This document shows, piece after piece, positions 52,459 to 63,389 of a stretch of 64,000 nucleotides of DNA. The position numbers were made by a program, and so were the translations under genes. The stretch is from Andalucia godoyi And28 (Eukaryota > Protista > Jakobida). Positions within the stretch are counted from its first letter, which is position 1; every line of letters starts with the position of its first letter. The notes under the pieces were generated by a model, which ran no database searches, had not been told where the DNA came from, and saw only the letters and a list, made by a program, of their open reading frames with translations. The stretch lies in contig VRVR01000037.1 of NCBI GenBank assembly GCA_009859145.1, positions 138,892 through 202,891 on the forward strand, written 5' to 3'.

Positions 52459-55005
52459 ATGGGGTGGGGCGAGAAAGTCGAGGTTCTTATTACATATTTG
52501 CAGTACCTTGCGGTGATTTTCACGGTGCAAGGGGTTTCGTGGCCGGCGACGATTAGCGTGCCGTTCGACTGGATTGATACGTTCGTGCTCAACTTGGGAT
52601 TCAGTCTCATTGTGCCCGACTATGACTTTCCGATGCGGTTTACGCTGATTTGCGTTGTTGTTCCGCTGTGCTTTACGTTTTTGCTGTTGCTTGTGTTCAA
52701 GCCATTGTCGGTGACGCTGTGGTTTGTGGCGCTGCTGTTCGGAATGGCGCTTGTGTTAATTGGTGTTGTTCCGCTGTATCTCATGAGTTCAAACGAGCTC
52801 ACAACGTATGAGCCCCAAACAGAGTACGCGGTCACTGGTGCCATTATTATTGGCGTTTGCTTCTTTATCGGCCTTGCAAACTACATGAACGAGAGACGGA
52901 AAGGAGATGTGCAAGTCAAGGAGCTGTCTGCCGAGCAGCTTGAAGACTACCTTCACTATGCACCTCCAGTAAGTACAGCGACGCAAGTGGTGCGCTTTGT
53001 GTTTGGAATCCTGCTGATTCTTGCTGGTCTGTGGATTGGCCAGTTTGTATATCCAGACCCAGCCGGAGTCGTCAAATATATTCCATTTCCACAGGTCGTG
53101 GCAGGGTTCCTGTTCGCACTCGGCTCGTTCCTCCTGATTCTGGGCATCCTGTGCACGTTTTACAAGGGTCGATTGTTCGTGAACAATGCATCGCACTTTC
53201 TAAAGTCAAAGTTCACCGAGCTTTTGCTGTTCGTGCTCATTTGCTTGTACTTGCCCATCCTCACCACACTCTTCTCAGCCTTCAATTGCTGGCCGGAATC
53301 GTGTTCGGCAACCACCGAGTTTGCAGAGCGGTCCATTTTCAAAGGCGTTTCTGCGCGACCCCTCTTTTCAAGCTCGGATTCGAACCCGGTGTGCACGAAC
53401 TGCCAGTTCCAGAATCTGAACTCGTCTTTCCTGTACCTTGCGCCCTCTGCAACTTCGTGGTGTCCGATCATGGCAACCGATCTTTGCTCGAAAACGACAG
53501 ACTGGCGACTGATCATCGACGCGACGATTTCTTGCAGCAGCGACATGTGGCCGCTCTACATCATTGCTTCTTTTCTCGTTCTGTTCGCGTTTGTGTGCGG
53601 AGTGCCCTTCTTTTTTTACCGACTTACAAAAATGTGCACCACGATGATGGAAGAGATCCCTGTTATGAAGCTCACGGATGCCGGCGATATTTCCACGGAT
53701 GCTATATCCTCGGAGGAGCTTTGGGAGGAGCGAACTGCGATTTCTAGGAACTCCGCAAAGATGCTCTTCGCGTCTTTTGAGCGATCGTGGAGGTTTTACA
53801 AGCTGTTCCAGATCGTTCTTCGGATTCTCTTGGTCGCAGTCGTCGTGTTCTTCGGTCGCTTTGTGTACGTTGCAATGGGCGGAATTCTGGTGGTCCACTT
53901 GCTGAACCTTTCAGTATCGCTGATATCTCGCCCGTTTATCAGTTCTGCAGAAGACGTTCTTGCGTCGGTCTGCGCTTTCTGCGCGGCTGCCACGGCTGCT
54001 CTCGGCCTTGGGCTTGCCACATTCAGCGATGTGCCATCTGAAATCGTCGTTGCCGTTCTGGCGGGCGATCTCGCATTGCCCATCGTTGCACTGTTTCTTT
54101 CCATGATCGTTCTGATGTTTCGTGAATCGCAAAAGGAGAAGGAACAGAAACGCAAGCAATTGCAAGCCAAAGCTCAACTTGCGTATGATCAGTACGCTGC
54201 CGAGGCTGCTGTCGTGTGGAGCCAAAATGGGCAGGGCCATGCAGCGCACGGCTCCAAAGGCAGCAGCCTGGTTCCCCTCTCGTACGAAGAAGCACTGGCA
54301 ATGTGTGCAGTTCAGCAGAACCATTCGATGAAGAATGCAGATGGCGAAAGCAAAGCCCCAGTGAATCCTTACTTTGCAAAGACAGCAACCGTAACTCCAA
54401 TGCCTCCAGCGCAGGACATGCAGAGCATGAAGCAGCAGCCCGCTCGATCGGCGTCTCGCGAGGACACGGCAGTCGAAGAGCTCACTCCTGTGGAAAAGGA
54501 AATGCGTAGATGCCGCCTGGCTCTCGTGCTCGTGGACAGAAAGATCAATGCGAGGATTATTTCGGTCCTCAGTACCACGTTCATTGTCATCGGTGTTCTC
54601 TTGTTCATGGCCCTTGTAGTCTGCGGCATTGCCATCCTCTTCCAGACGAATCCAGAAGTCATTCCTGGAAGGCAGCTCCGGTCCGTCTCTTCTTGTTCCT
54701 ACTCGAGAGATTTTGAGTTTGCCACCTACAAGACATGGACCGAGTTCACCCAGAATTGCTGCTGTGAACCTGCTCCCACCTATGGCACGTACAACTCAGT
54801 CGAAATGTGGCATTGCAAGAACGGGTACTACAAGGAACGCATCCGCGCAGAGAGCGGGTACGGAGACGGGTTTGCAATCCGTAGCTTCTGTTCTCCTCTT
54901 TTCAACTCGAATTCCATGACGCCTGTCTGTACCAACAACCATTTCCAGGTGCCACAGTATACTGCACCGACGTCAACGTCGTATGCTCGAGAAAAATTGT
55001 GGTAG
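52459..55005 (+). CDS. Polytopic membrane protein with Cys-rich extracellular loops
   Basis: At least 12 hydrophobic helices; KVEVLITYLQ, LFSAFNC, RFYKLFQIVLRILL, RPF motifs; Cys-rich C-terminal ectodomain. Confidence 0.75.
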   Translation: MGWGEKVEVLITYLQYLAVIFTVQGVSWPATISVPFDWIDTFVLNLGFSLIVPDYDFPMRFTLICVVVPLCFTFLLLLVFKPLSVTLWFVALLFGMALVLIGVVPLYLMSSNELTTYEPQTEYAVTGAIIIGVCFFIGLANYMNERRKGDVQVKELSAEQLEDYLHYAPPVSTATQVVRFVFGILLILAGLWIGQFVYPDPAGVVKYIPFPQVVAGFLFALGSFLLILGILCTFYKGRLFVNNASHFLKSKFTELLLFVLICLYLPILTTLFSAFNCWPESCSATTEFAERSIFKGVSARPLFSSSDSNPVCTNCQFQNLNSSFLYLAPSATSWCPIMATDLCSKTTDWRLIIDATISCSSDMWPLYIIASFLVLFAFVCGVPFFFYRLTKMCTTMMEEIPVMKLTDAGDISTDAISSEELWEERTAISRNSAKMLFASFERSWRFYKLFQIVLRILLVAVVVFFGRFVYVAMGGILVVHLLNLSVSLISRPFISSAEDVLASVCAFCAAATAALGLGLATFSDVPSEIVVAVLAGDLALPIVALFLSMIVLMFRESQKEKEQKRKQLQAKAQLAYDQYAAEAAVVWSQNGQGHAAHGSKGSSLVPLSYEEALAMCAVQQNHSMKNADGESKAPVNPYFAKTATVTPMPPAQDMQSMKQQPARSASREDTAVEELTPVEKEMRRCRLALVLVDRKINARIISVLSTTFIVIGVLLFMALVVCGIAILFQTNPEVIPGRQLRSVSSCSYSRDFEFATYKTWTEFTQNCCCEPAPTYGTYNSVEMWHCKNGYYKERIRAESGYGDGFAIRSFCSPLFNSNSMTPVCTNNHFQVPQYTAPTSTSYAREKLW

Positions 55006-55307
55006 CGAGGACAAACAAAAAAATAGTAATAAATCATCTCTTTGCCTGAAACACGAAACGTCCAGCTTTGCTCTGTGCTCTTTTGCAGAGGTTTTTAACG
55101 GCAGAGCAACCAAAAAACCAATAACAAAAAAGAAAGGACAAATAATAATAAATTAATAAATAAATACATGAATAAAAATTAGTCAATCATAATATCTTTA
55201 TGTACATCAAACACAACCAATGGTAACAAAGAGGAAGGGCGAAGGCGACCGCGTGGGGGAGGAGAACAGATCAAATGCCCAGACTGGCGATTTCCACGAC
55301 CGAATGA

Positions 55308-57776
55308 CTAGCTGATTTGCAGCATTCTGCGGTTTCCAACATCCTGCAATGCCGCAGTGAATCCTTGGCTCTCGAGAGCGCTGACAACAAGATTTACGAG
55401 GCCATCGCAATGGGTCGCTTCGGTCACATCAACATCCACGCGGTTCTGCAACGAAAAAGAGACCAGGGCATGGGAAACTTTCTTCATCGTCTGGTCAAAC
55501 ACTTTGCGCAGTGACGTCTGATACTCGATCCATTCGGTCCGAGAGGAAAAGGGAAGTTGACGAAGAGTATCGTCCAGAGAAACGGAACCGATTCGTTGGG
55601 CATTGACGACATCTGCAGAAGTTGCGGAATTCGCAACATCTTGCATCCTCTTCACAGATTCGGGAGGGGTCGGCTTTTGCGGGGAAATGTAGAACAACGT
55701 CAGTCGGCACGAAGCAGCAGCCGATGCCTCATTGTCCGTATATTTGGGAGTTCTGAAGAATGCATGAAAGCGAAAAGCGGAGTCGTCAAAGCTCATGCAG
55801 CGGGTTGCAAGATATGTCTCAATCCGCTCCACGGACGATAGCGACTTTGGAACTGTGGACTTGGAAGTGAGCGCATTGAATATCGTCTCGACGGACACTG
55901 CAGTCTCGTCGTTCACTGCATCGAGAGACCTGAGGACAGAGTACAGTTTGTCGTCCAGTGCTTGCGAAGGGGAAATCCACATCTTGTTGCTCAGGTGCTT
56001 GGTTGTGTTCAGAGGTCGGTCGTCCACGGCGGTCAACGTTTTCCCATCTTTTCCCGGATGCGGTTCGACGCTCCCGTCGAGGGAAGTGCACGACGACGAA
56101 TGGGCTGGAGAAGCCACGGATTCGGAGCCTGAACTGGAATCTGAGCAATACCAAACGGGATCTGGGACAGAATTGCCGTTCATTTGCGAAATGAGCATCC
56201 CAATTCTTCGATTTTGAACTTCAAAACCCCGGGCTGCAAGCGCAGACCCGATTTCATCCAGCAACGCCTTTCTGCGAATAGTCTTCCCTGGGTTGGTGTA
56301 GCCATTCGACACCATCACATTCCGACCAATCGTCTCCAGATCTGTTCGGGTGGGAACACGGAACGGCAGCTTGCTTGCATTTCCTGCAGCCGGGGTCGAC
56401 ACGGCAGCGGAGGTCTCTGCGTCTTTGACGTGGTCTGTCGTTTTTGACCTTGTTAATTCTGCGTTTGACGGACTTGGGGGACACACGTCTTTCGAAACAG
56501 CAGCCTGGCGATCGTTTTGGGGTGTTGGTGGCAAGTATGACTTTTCAGCTAGAGAGGCACCACCGACCCTGCCCTGGGAGGACCTTGTTGAAACGGATGG
56601 AGCCAAGGACTTGTCCACCTCGAGAGTCGGTTTCGATGTATCGGCGAGAGACTGGGAGGACGAACTCGTGGTCCGAACGACGCGCAGACGAACCACGGAA
56701 GCGAGTCCTTGTTGGGTGGTGCCCGACCCAGAGCTCGAGGCAGATGATGTAGCATGACTGCTGCTTGCTTTGCTCTTGGAAACGTCTGCACCATCTACCG
56801 AGTCTGCGGGTGACGATGACGATGACGATGACGATGAGGGGCCTGTTCCAGACGAAAGAGTCGGCCACGGCGAAAGGAGAGAAAGTGGTTCTTCGGGAAC
56901 AAGAGATGAAGGGGCTGATGCTTGTTTCCGGCTAATTGCAGACGAAACGGACGGTGCAGCTTGTGCCGGCTGTGCAATTCGTCGTGGAGACCGAAACTTT
57001 CTCAACAATGCTGTCTTTGGTACAACATTCTGACGCAGCAGCTCACCGCTATCCTGGTTCTTCTCTTCCGTTTCAACCGACTGCTGAGGCTGCTGAGTGA
57101 GAGTGTGTGGATGATGAGAAAGGGCAGCAGCACGCGGAGGCGACACGTGATTCGCCTCCGTCAATGATTTTCGAAGTTCGCCGCGTTTTTGCCTGGTAGA
57201 GCTGTCCTTGGATGTCGAAGAGGAAGAACCGGAGCTTACTGCGCAGTCCGGATCCATATTTTCCACATCTTCTGTCAAGTCATCCTCTGTTGGCTTTGCC
57301 CTTTTCCGGCTCCTAGTTCGCTGCGACACTTCGTCCATCACCAGTTCCTGTCCTTGCGTTCGTTCACTGTCTGCGACCTCCTGATCACCCTCCTGTTCAT
57401 CGTCTGCCTTCCTGCCCCCCTCGTGCTGCTCTTGTGCTGGCGGCTGCAGAGCCCTGGCATGAGGCTGTGACGCTGAGGACGCCGACGCCGACGCCGACGC
57501 CGCCGCATAGATCATCGCGGAGCCTCGCAGGACTGACGACGCGAGCTTGAAGCGATCGTTCTTCCTGTCGTGTTTGATAAAGAACCCACCCGGAAGCGAC
57601 ACTCCAACGACACTCATCAGCACCTGTCTGAGGTCCTCCACAGTTGAAAACACCCCAGAGGGCTTCATTACATCCAGAATCGAGCTCGCCGCAACTCCAC
57701 TCGATGAATCCAACGCTCGTAGCTTTCGAAGCGCGGCTGTAATGCTCGTCACCTGGTGCGAAAACACGTCCGACAT
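55308..57776 (-). CDS. Ser-rich protein with two putative winged-helix-like repeats
   Basis: 822-aa ORF; the N-terminal and about 600-670 segments resemble each other; long disordered linker. Confidence 0.7.
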   Translation of the reverse strand: MSDVFSHQVTSITAALRKLRALDSSSGVAASSILDVMKPSGVFSTVEDLRQVLMSVVGVSLPGGFFIKHDRKNDRFKLASSVLRGSAMIYAAASASASASSASQPHARALQPPAQEQHEGGRKADDEQEGDQEVADSERTQGQELVMDEVSQRTRSRKRAKPTEDDLTEDVENMDPDCAVSSGSSSSTSKDSSTRQKRGELRKSLTEANHVSPPRAAALSHHPHTLTQQPQQSVETEEKNQDSGELLRQNVVPKTALLRKFRSPRRIAQPAQAAPSVSSAISRKQASAPSSLVPEEPLSLLSPWPTLSSGTGPSSSSSSSSSPADSVDGADVSKSKASSSHATSSASSSGSGTTQQGLASVVRLRVVRTTSSSSQSLADTSKPTLEVDKSLAPSVSTRSSQGRVGGASLAEKSYLPPTPQNDRQAAVSKDVCPPSPSNAELTRSKTTDHVKDAETSAAVSTPAAGNASKLPFRVPTRTDLETIGRNVMVSNGYTNPGKTIRRKALLDEIGSALAARGFEVQNRRIGMLISQMNGNSVPDPVWYCSDSSSGSESVASPAHSSSCTSLDGSVEPHPGKDGKTLTAVDDRPLNTTKHLSNKMWISPSQALDDKLYSVLRSLDAVNDETAVSVETIFNALTSKSTVPKSLSSVERIETYLATRCMSFDDSAFRFHAFFRTPKYTDNEASAAASCRLTLFYISPQKPTPPESVKRMQDVANSATSADVVNAQRIGSVSLDDTLRQLPFSSRTEWIEYQTSLRKVFDQTMKKVSHALVSFSLQNRVDVDVTEATHCDGLVNLVVSALESQGFTAALQDVGNRRMLQIS

Positions 57777-58340
57777 CGCTGCTCAACAACACCCCTCCGC
57801 ACCCCTCCAAGCGCTCTCCTTGTTTGTTACGGAACACCACGGCGACAGCGACGAGTTACTTTGTACTATAGCTACAGCCGCTGATGTGAATTGTCTCTTG
57901 CCGGAACGCAGACACAGGCGTCGAAAGCATGCAAGACGGACGGACGACCAAAACAAAACCAAAACGAAACCAAAAAAAAAATAAATAATAAAAATAATAA
58001 AAATAATTTAAAAAAATAATAAAATAAATAGAAAAGGAAAAATCTAATGAGAATCAATGAAGTTAATACGGAAAAACAAAAGGAAAAACAAAAGCAAAAA
58101 GAGAATGAATGGAGTGAAGAAGAAAGATGGAAAACCAGTGGAAATTGGAGAATTCGGGGAAGTTTGTGTCCTCGTTTTTCACGCTCTATTGAGTCTGTTC
58201 CCGCCATGGCGGGTTGAAGCCTCGGGAAAGGTGTCGAGGAAAAGGATGGAAAAAGGAAAAGGAAAAACGGAGAGTTGAGACAACAGTCAAAAAAAAAAGC
58301 CCTCATTTTATCTACAGCAGATAGGATCTCGATTGCTTGG

Positions 58341-61300
58341 CTATAGCGTGGAGTCGTTGCTGGCGGAGCGGTCGAGCAGGGGATTGTGGACTGTGGACGC
58401 ATGGGCAGCGAAGAGATTGGAGCGGAGAAACGTTCTGAATTTTGAGGAGGCTCGATGGAGGAAAGCCCATGCAAGAAATGCAAAGAGCGTCGCTACGAAG
58501 GACGCGTTGAGGACAAACAGAACTGCTCCGGCAGAGTCCACATTCGAGGCTCCAAGAATCTGAGACTGCATCGAGCAAGCTATATTCACGATGAGCAGCG
58601 CAAGCGAGGTGATTTCCGCGATGTTTTCAAAGCGGGACTCGAACGGAGACGCAGTCGCTTGAAAGACGCCGGATGCGGTGAGAACCAGGCAGACCATCAA
58701 CGGCATAAACACCGAAAGACGCGGAAGCGTAACGAACGCACCGATGAAGAGAATTCTGCGAAAAGTCACCACCAGCTCCCACCAACGACATCCTGGACGG
58801 TAGGAGCTGAAGAGAAGCGAAAATATGTACATGGAACGCAGGTCTTTGCCGGCCAGGGCACGACTTCTGATTACAGCAAAGGACAACAGTCCAGGAATCG
58901 CAGCGATGTAGAGGACGAGCAAGATAGCGGAAACAGTTTGGAGCGCGGTGGAGCATTCGACATCTGGAAAATACCGGATGTAATACCGACCGTCACCGGC
59001 ATCTTGCGCACAGGACAGTGGAGAAAGGATCGCACGGATGGCAGGCATGAACAGAAACATCAGTAGAAAGATGCAGGCACGCAGACACCGGTCCAGCCAT
59101 CGCTGCTCCAATGATCGACGTCGCTCTGACTGCCGTTTTCCAACCCGAAAAGCCGTTCCAGTTCCCCAGATGGCAAGCACAAGCAGGCATGCAGCGACTG
59201 GGCAGACCACGGCGACGGTGTAGGACTCCTTGAATCCCCATCCGCGAAAGAAGCACTCTGGCCCGGCAAAGGAAAAGCTAGCAATCGATGCGCCACTGTG
59301 TGTGAAGACATACAAATTTGACGGCATGGGAGTCCGAACAAAGAATAAGGACTGCAAGAAAAAGGTGAGCACCTTCACGATTCCGGAGGAAGAGCTTCCG
59401 ACGAAGAAGGACCAAACGATCCAGCCAACAATGCATGCACAAATGAAGATCCCAAAGACAATGAGTGTGCCGTTTTCCGGACATGACACACACCGATCAC
59501 CAGTTCGAAAATATCGTTGTGAGCACGATGCGCAAAGTCGCCCTGTGTATCCTTCCGCGCAGTTGCTGCCCGTCTCCGGAGACGGCTTGCACGGTGTTAG
59601 GTCGGTTCCTGCCAAGAGACAAAGCTCGATTGCATGCGGATACGCGGTGTTGCTTTCCATTTCCGAAAGAGAGACTGGCGGAGACGCATAGTAGCCTTCC
59701 AATGGCACGACATTTCCGCTGTCGTTCCACGCGGTAGTCGCATCCAGCCGCAAGATCACGTCTTCATCCGGGAAGGAGCACTCCGCATTGGAAGACAGGC
59801 ATCGGCTACAATTAGGAGGCTTCCCGAAAAATCCTGGTCTGCACACGCAGTATCGGTAGTTGTAAAACTCCGGATCGGTCTGCACCGTAACCCCTCGTGC
59901 CTCTGCGACAAAACACGACAAACTCTGACTGAAGATGTACGCAGACGAAGCATTGAACACAAACAACCGCTGGTTGGATTCGGTTAGTGACGTCTCAAAA
60001 CGAGCATTGGGATTTCCGCGGAAATCAACAGTCGACAACAACGGTAGGCTGTCCAGTACGGAATCGAGATCGGAGTTGAGGTCGTTGTTGGAGAGGTCCA
60101 CATTTCGCAAGCCAGGAAGGAATTTCAAAAGAAATGTCGCGGGATACGCCGGGGCTGGACAGGGACCTTTGGCGGAGGGAAGCAAAGACGGTGGGAATTT
60201 GGAAGGAAGGGAGGTGCGGGAGAGCGACAGGGACGACAGGCTGTAGTACAACGCAGAGGATGGGCACGACGTGCACGTTTGATAGTCCAAAATCCCAGGG
60301 ATTCCCGTAATGATGTTTCCAGAAAGATCAAGGTTGATGAGGCCTCCCGAAAAGTCCACCTCGGTCACGTTCGGTTTCCCCCGTATTGGAATACCGCAAG
60401 GATAAATCGGAAATGAGCCGTTGAATTGATTGTATGCAAGTGACAGGGAGCGAAGAGAGACTCGCCCTGAAAACAGCGGCAATGGAAAAGGCCCCATCAG
60501 CGCATTGTGAGACAAATCCAGGGAAAGCAGGTTAGAGAAATTCGCTATCATGAGAAAGGGAAAGCTGGTCAGCTGGTTCGAAGACAGGTCAATGTTCACG
60601 AGCGACGCTACCGAGCAATTTGGAAAAGTAGTAAATGCGTTTGCGGACAAGTACAGAAACCTCAGTGCTTGCAGTGCACACAAGCGTCCGGGAAGCGGCC
60701 CTGCAAGCTTGTTGGCTTGCAAATTCAACGAAAGAAGGGACATCGACAAGCTAAGCTCGGGGATTGTACCATTCAAAAAGTTGTTTTGCAGCTGTAATGT
60801 TTGCAGCTGGGGCAGAGCACCGAGAGACTCTGGTAGACTCCCACTCAGTTGGTTCGCTCCCAACATCAGCGTCTGCAGGTTTGCAAGCGATCCGTTAAAG
60901 CTCTGGGGGACCGGTCCATTCAACCTGTTTGCAGACAAGTCGAGTGTCTGCAGATTCGAAAGCACCCCGATTGATTCTGGAATTGGGCCGTCGAAGCCAT
61001 TTTCAAAGAGCTGCAGCGCATTGAGGAGCGGCAGCCTCTCGAACACACCATCTGGAAGCCGCCCATGAAATCCGTTTGATCCCAAGTTGATGTAGGACAG
61101 CCTTGTCAGGTTCCCGATCCACTCAGGAAACGGTCCGGACAGGTCATTGTACGCGAGATCGAGCACCTCGAGTTGCGTAAGCGTCGAAAGCGACGCAGGC
61201 ACGGAGCCCCGGAGCAGGTTTGACACGAGTTGCAGCTCGGTGACGCGGCCGTATGCGTTGCAGTAGACGCGGTACACGGTTGGATCACAGCAGCTTTCCA

Positions 61301-61802
61301 AAATGAATTCCTTGCCGTTTGCCCAGCCGTCTCCCGAGGCCCAGCTCGGACCATCCGTCGCTTCGTACAAGTCCCACAGTGCCGCACAGTCCGGCGCATA
61401 CGACGCCACAGCCTTGTCGGACGCACGTCTCTCACCAACATCAGCAGCAACGTCCGTATTCACGTACAACGACACCGGTGCATCGGGCATTGTTTGCTCG
61501 TCAACATCACGCTGCAGCAGCTGCGCACAGGTCTCCTCCACAGTGTGCAACACTGCGTTTGCGAGGCGTATCCTAAACTCTACCGATCGATGGTCCTCAT
61601 GATGATGTGCCAATACAGAGTCCCACCATGTTGCATTCTGGAGATAGCGGGCCACCGGATCAGCGCCGCGGTCAACATGCATTGCAGGACTGGATGGCGC
61701 ACAGGTGACACAACCACACATAACCATCACCATCACCACCACCACCACCACCACCAACACAACCTTCAATGACAACACATGCGTACAATACGATACGCGC
61801 AT
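58341..61802 (-). CDS. Secreted-type LRR receptor: LRRNT, plant-type LRRs, Cys-rich/EGF-like stalk and about 7 TM helices, no kinase
   Basis: Hydrophobic N-terminus, CAALWDLYEATDGPSW cap, repeated LxxLxxLxLxxNxLxGxxP, CAEGYTGRLCASC, multiple TM helices. Confidence 0.85.
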   Translation of the reverse strand: MRVSYCTHVLSLKVVLVVVVVVVMVMVMCGCVTCAPSSPAMHVDRGADPVARYLQNATWWDSVLAHHHEDHRSVEFRIRLANAVLHTVEETCAQLLQRDVDEQTMPDAPVSLYVNTDVAADVGERRASDKAVASYAPDCAALWDLYEATDGPSWASGDGWANGKEFILESCCDPTVYRVYCNAYGRVTELQLVSNLLRGSVPASLSTLTQLEVLDLAYNDLSGPFPEWIGNLTRLSYINLGSNGFHGRLPDGVFERLPLLNALQLFENGFDGPIPESIGVLSNLQTLDLSANRLNGPVPQSFNGSLANLQTLMLGANQLSGSLPESLGALPQLQTLQLQNNFLNGTIPELSLSMSLLSLNLQANKLAGPLPGRLCALQALRFLYLSANAFTTFPNCSVASLVNIDLSSNQLTSFPFLMIANFSNLLSLDLSHNALMGPFPLPLFSGRVSLRSLSLAYNQFNGSFPIYPCGIPIRGKPNVTEVDFSGGLINLDLSGNIITGIPGILDYQTCTSCPSSALYYSLSSLSLSRTSLPSKFPPSLLPSAKGPCPAPAYPATFLLKFLPGLRNVDLSNNDLNSDLDSVLDSLPLLSTVDFRGNPNARFETSLTESNQRLFVFNASSAYIFSQSLSCFVAEARGVTVQTDPEFYNYRYCVCRPGFFGKPPNCSRCLSSNAECSFPDEDVILRLDATTAWNDSGNVVPLEGYYASPPVSLSEMESNTAYPHAIELCLLAGTDLTPCKPSPETGSNCAEGYTGRLCASCSQRYFRTGDRCVSCPENGTLIVFGIFICACIVGWIVWSFFVGSSSSGIVKVLTFFLQSLFFVRTPMPSNLYVFTHSGASIASFSFAGPECFFRGWGFKESYTVAVVCPVAACLLVLAIWGTGTAFRVGKRQSERRRSLEQRWLDRCLRACIFLLMFLFMPAIRAILSPLSCAQDAGDGRYYIRYFPDVECSTALQTVSAILLVLYIAAIPGLLSFAVIRSRALAGKDLRSMYIFSLLFSSYRPGCRWWELVVTFRRILFIGAFVTLPRLSVFMPLMVCLVLTASGVFQATASPFESRFENIAEITSLALLIVNIACSMQSQILGASNVDSAGAVLFVLNASFVATLFAFLAWAFLHRASSKFRTFLRSNLFAAHASTVHNPLLDRSASNDSTL

Positions 61803-62093
61803 CTTTGTTTTCTCCTCGTCTCTCGAAACTCGATATACTGTCGGGAATTCAAAAAAACGCGCGTTCTTTTTTCCTTTTTCTTTTTGGTCGGGAATTTCCG
61901 CGGACCCCCTTCCCGCTCGCGAGGAGTCGACAGATTTCGACTACTGACCGTTTCTTTCCCCCCATCTGTTTTACCTTTTCCCTCCTTCTGTCTTGGTTGG
62001 TTGGAAGTGGAAATACGAATCGTGTGTTCTTCGGAAGGGTCCAAGGGAAATTAAAAAAAAAAAAAAGTAAAAAAATAATAAAAAATATAAAAA

Positions 62094-63389
62094 ATGGGAG
62101 ATAGAGCGAATATCCCGCCATTATCAGATCTTCAGGAGGACAACTACTCTCTTCCGGAGCTGAAGCAGTTCTGCCGAACACTGAATCTCCCAGTTTCCGG
62201 TCGTAAATCGGTGCTTGTTGAGCGGCTCAAAGATCACTTGGTGCAACAGGCAGGCCCGTCGACGGCTACGGACGTTGTACCTAGTGTTCCCGCCAAGTCT
62301 CGCAAGCGGGGTCTGGCCGCCATTCAACAGCCGGACGATGACGCTGACGCTGAGGCTGAGGATGCTGATGCTGATGCTGATGCTGATGCTGATGCTGATG
62401 CGGATGCGGATGCCGCGGACGGCAATGGGCATAATGAACAAGAGGAGGAAGAGCAAGACGAAAAACGGGGGAAAAGGGGCGCAAAGGGAAAGAAACCAGC
62501 AAAGCAAGAAAAGAAGCCAAAAAAGACGGTAAAGAGGGAAGCAGCAGCAGACAATGATCGCGATGGCCGACATCGAGCGATAACGCAAGTGATCAGGGAC
62601 AGGATCGTCCGAGCGTTTGAGCATCGATTGCTGCTGATTGACACGCCGGTGGTCGACCACGAGACCCCGCAGTATGAGTATCGTATGCTGGGCCATTCGG
62701 GGAATGTGTACACGGTGCATATCAACAACCGCCCGCGATGTGAGTGCCCCGACGGCCGCCGTGGAAACGTGTGCAAGCATCTACTGTACATTCTCATTCG
62801 GATCCTGCGCATCCCGTCCACCAACTCCGTCATTGCGCAGCGCAGTCTTACGCGGGCCGAGCTGGACACCTACATTGTCCCTCGCATGCGTGAAATAGAG
62901 GCCAAGGCCATCGATGCTTCTCTCTGCGCCTCGGACCGTGTTCGCGCCTTCCTCTCCTCCCCCTCGTCGTCTTCTTCGACTGCCGGAGCGACTACGGCAG
63001 CAGCCGCGGATGCGACACTCAAAGTGGCGATGCGCAAGTCTGACGAATGTCCTGTGTGTTACGAGCCGTTCCACGAGTCCGAGCCAATCGTCTACTGCGA
63101 GCACTCGTGCGGAAACACATTCCACAAGTCTTGCATGGACCTCGTTATCCGCTCGGCTCCGTCTCACGAGTCTGCAAAGTGCCCTATGTGCCGAGTCAAC
63201 TGGCTGCCGCCCTCCTCCTCCGCTGCCTCTCGCTCTACCGGCAGCGGCAGCGGCAGCGGGTCCGGATATTACGGAACACAGTATGTGAATGTCGCCGCGG
63301 TCTCCGAGCAGCACCGAAACCCCGTGTCGCTGCGGGAGTCGTATCCCAACAGCTACCGCTTCATGCAGCGCCAGCGATACTACCGGTAG
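62094..63389 (+). CDS. SAP + SWIM zinc finger + RING protein (putative E3 ligase)
   Basis: SAP (LPELKQFCRTLNLPVSGRKSVLVERL), SWIM (CECPD…CKHLLY), RING (CPVC…CEHSCGNTFHKSC…CPMC). Confidence 0.88.
   Translation: MGDRANIPPLSDLQEDNYSLPELKQFCRTLNLPVSGRKSVLVERLKDHLVQQAGPSTATDVVPSVPAKSRKRGLAAIQQPDDDADAEAEDADADADADADADADADAADGNGHNEQEEEEQDEKRGKRGAKGKKPAKQEKKPKKTVKREAAADNDRDGRHRAITQVIRDRIVRAFEHRLLLIDTPVVDHETPQYEYRMLGHSGNVYTVHINNRPRCECPDGRRGNVCKHLLYILIRILRIPSTNSVIAQRSLTRAELDTYIVPRMREIEAKAIDASLCASDRVRAFLSSPSSSSSTAGATTAAAADATLKVAMRKSDECPVCYEPFHESEPIVYCEHSCGNTFHKSCMDLVIRSAPSHESAKCPMCRVNWLPPSSSAASRSTGSGSGSGSGYYGTQYVNVAAVSEQHRNPVSLRESYPNSYRFMQRQRYYR
62361..62396 (+). repeat. (GATGCT)6 coding repeat (poly-DA)
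   Basis: Read directly. Confidence 0.9.
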
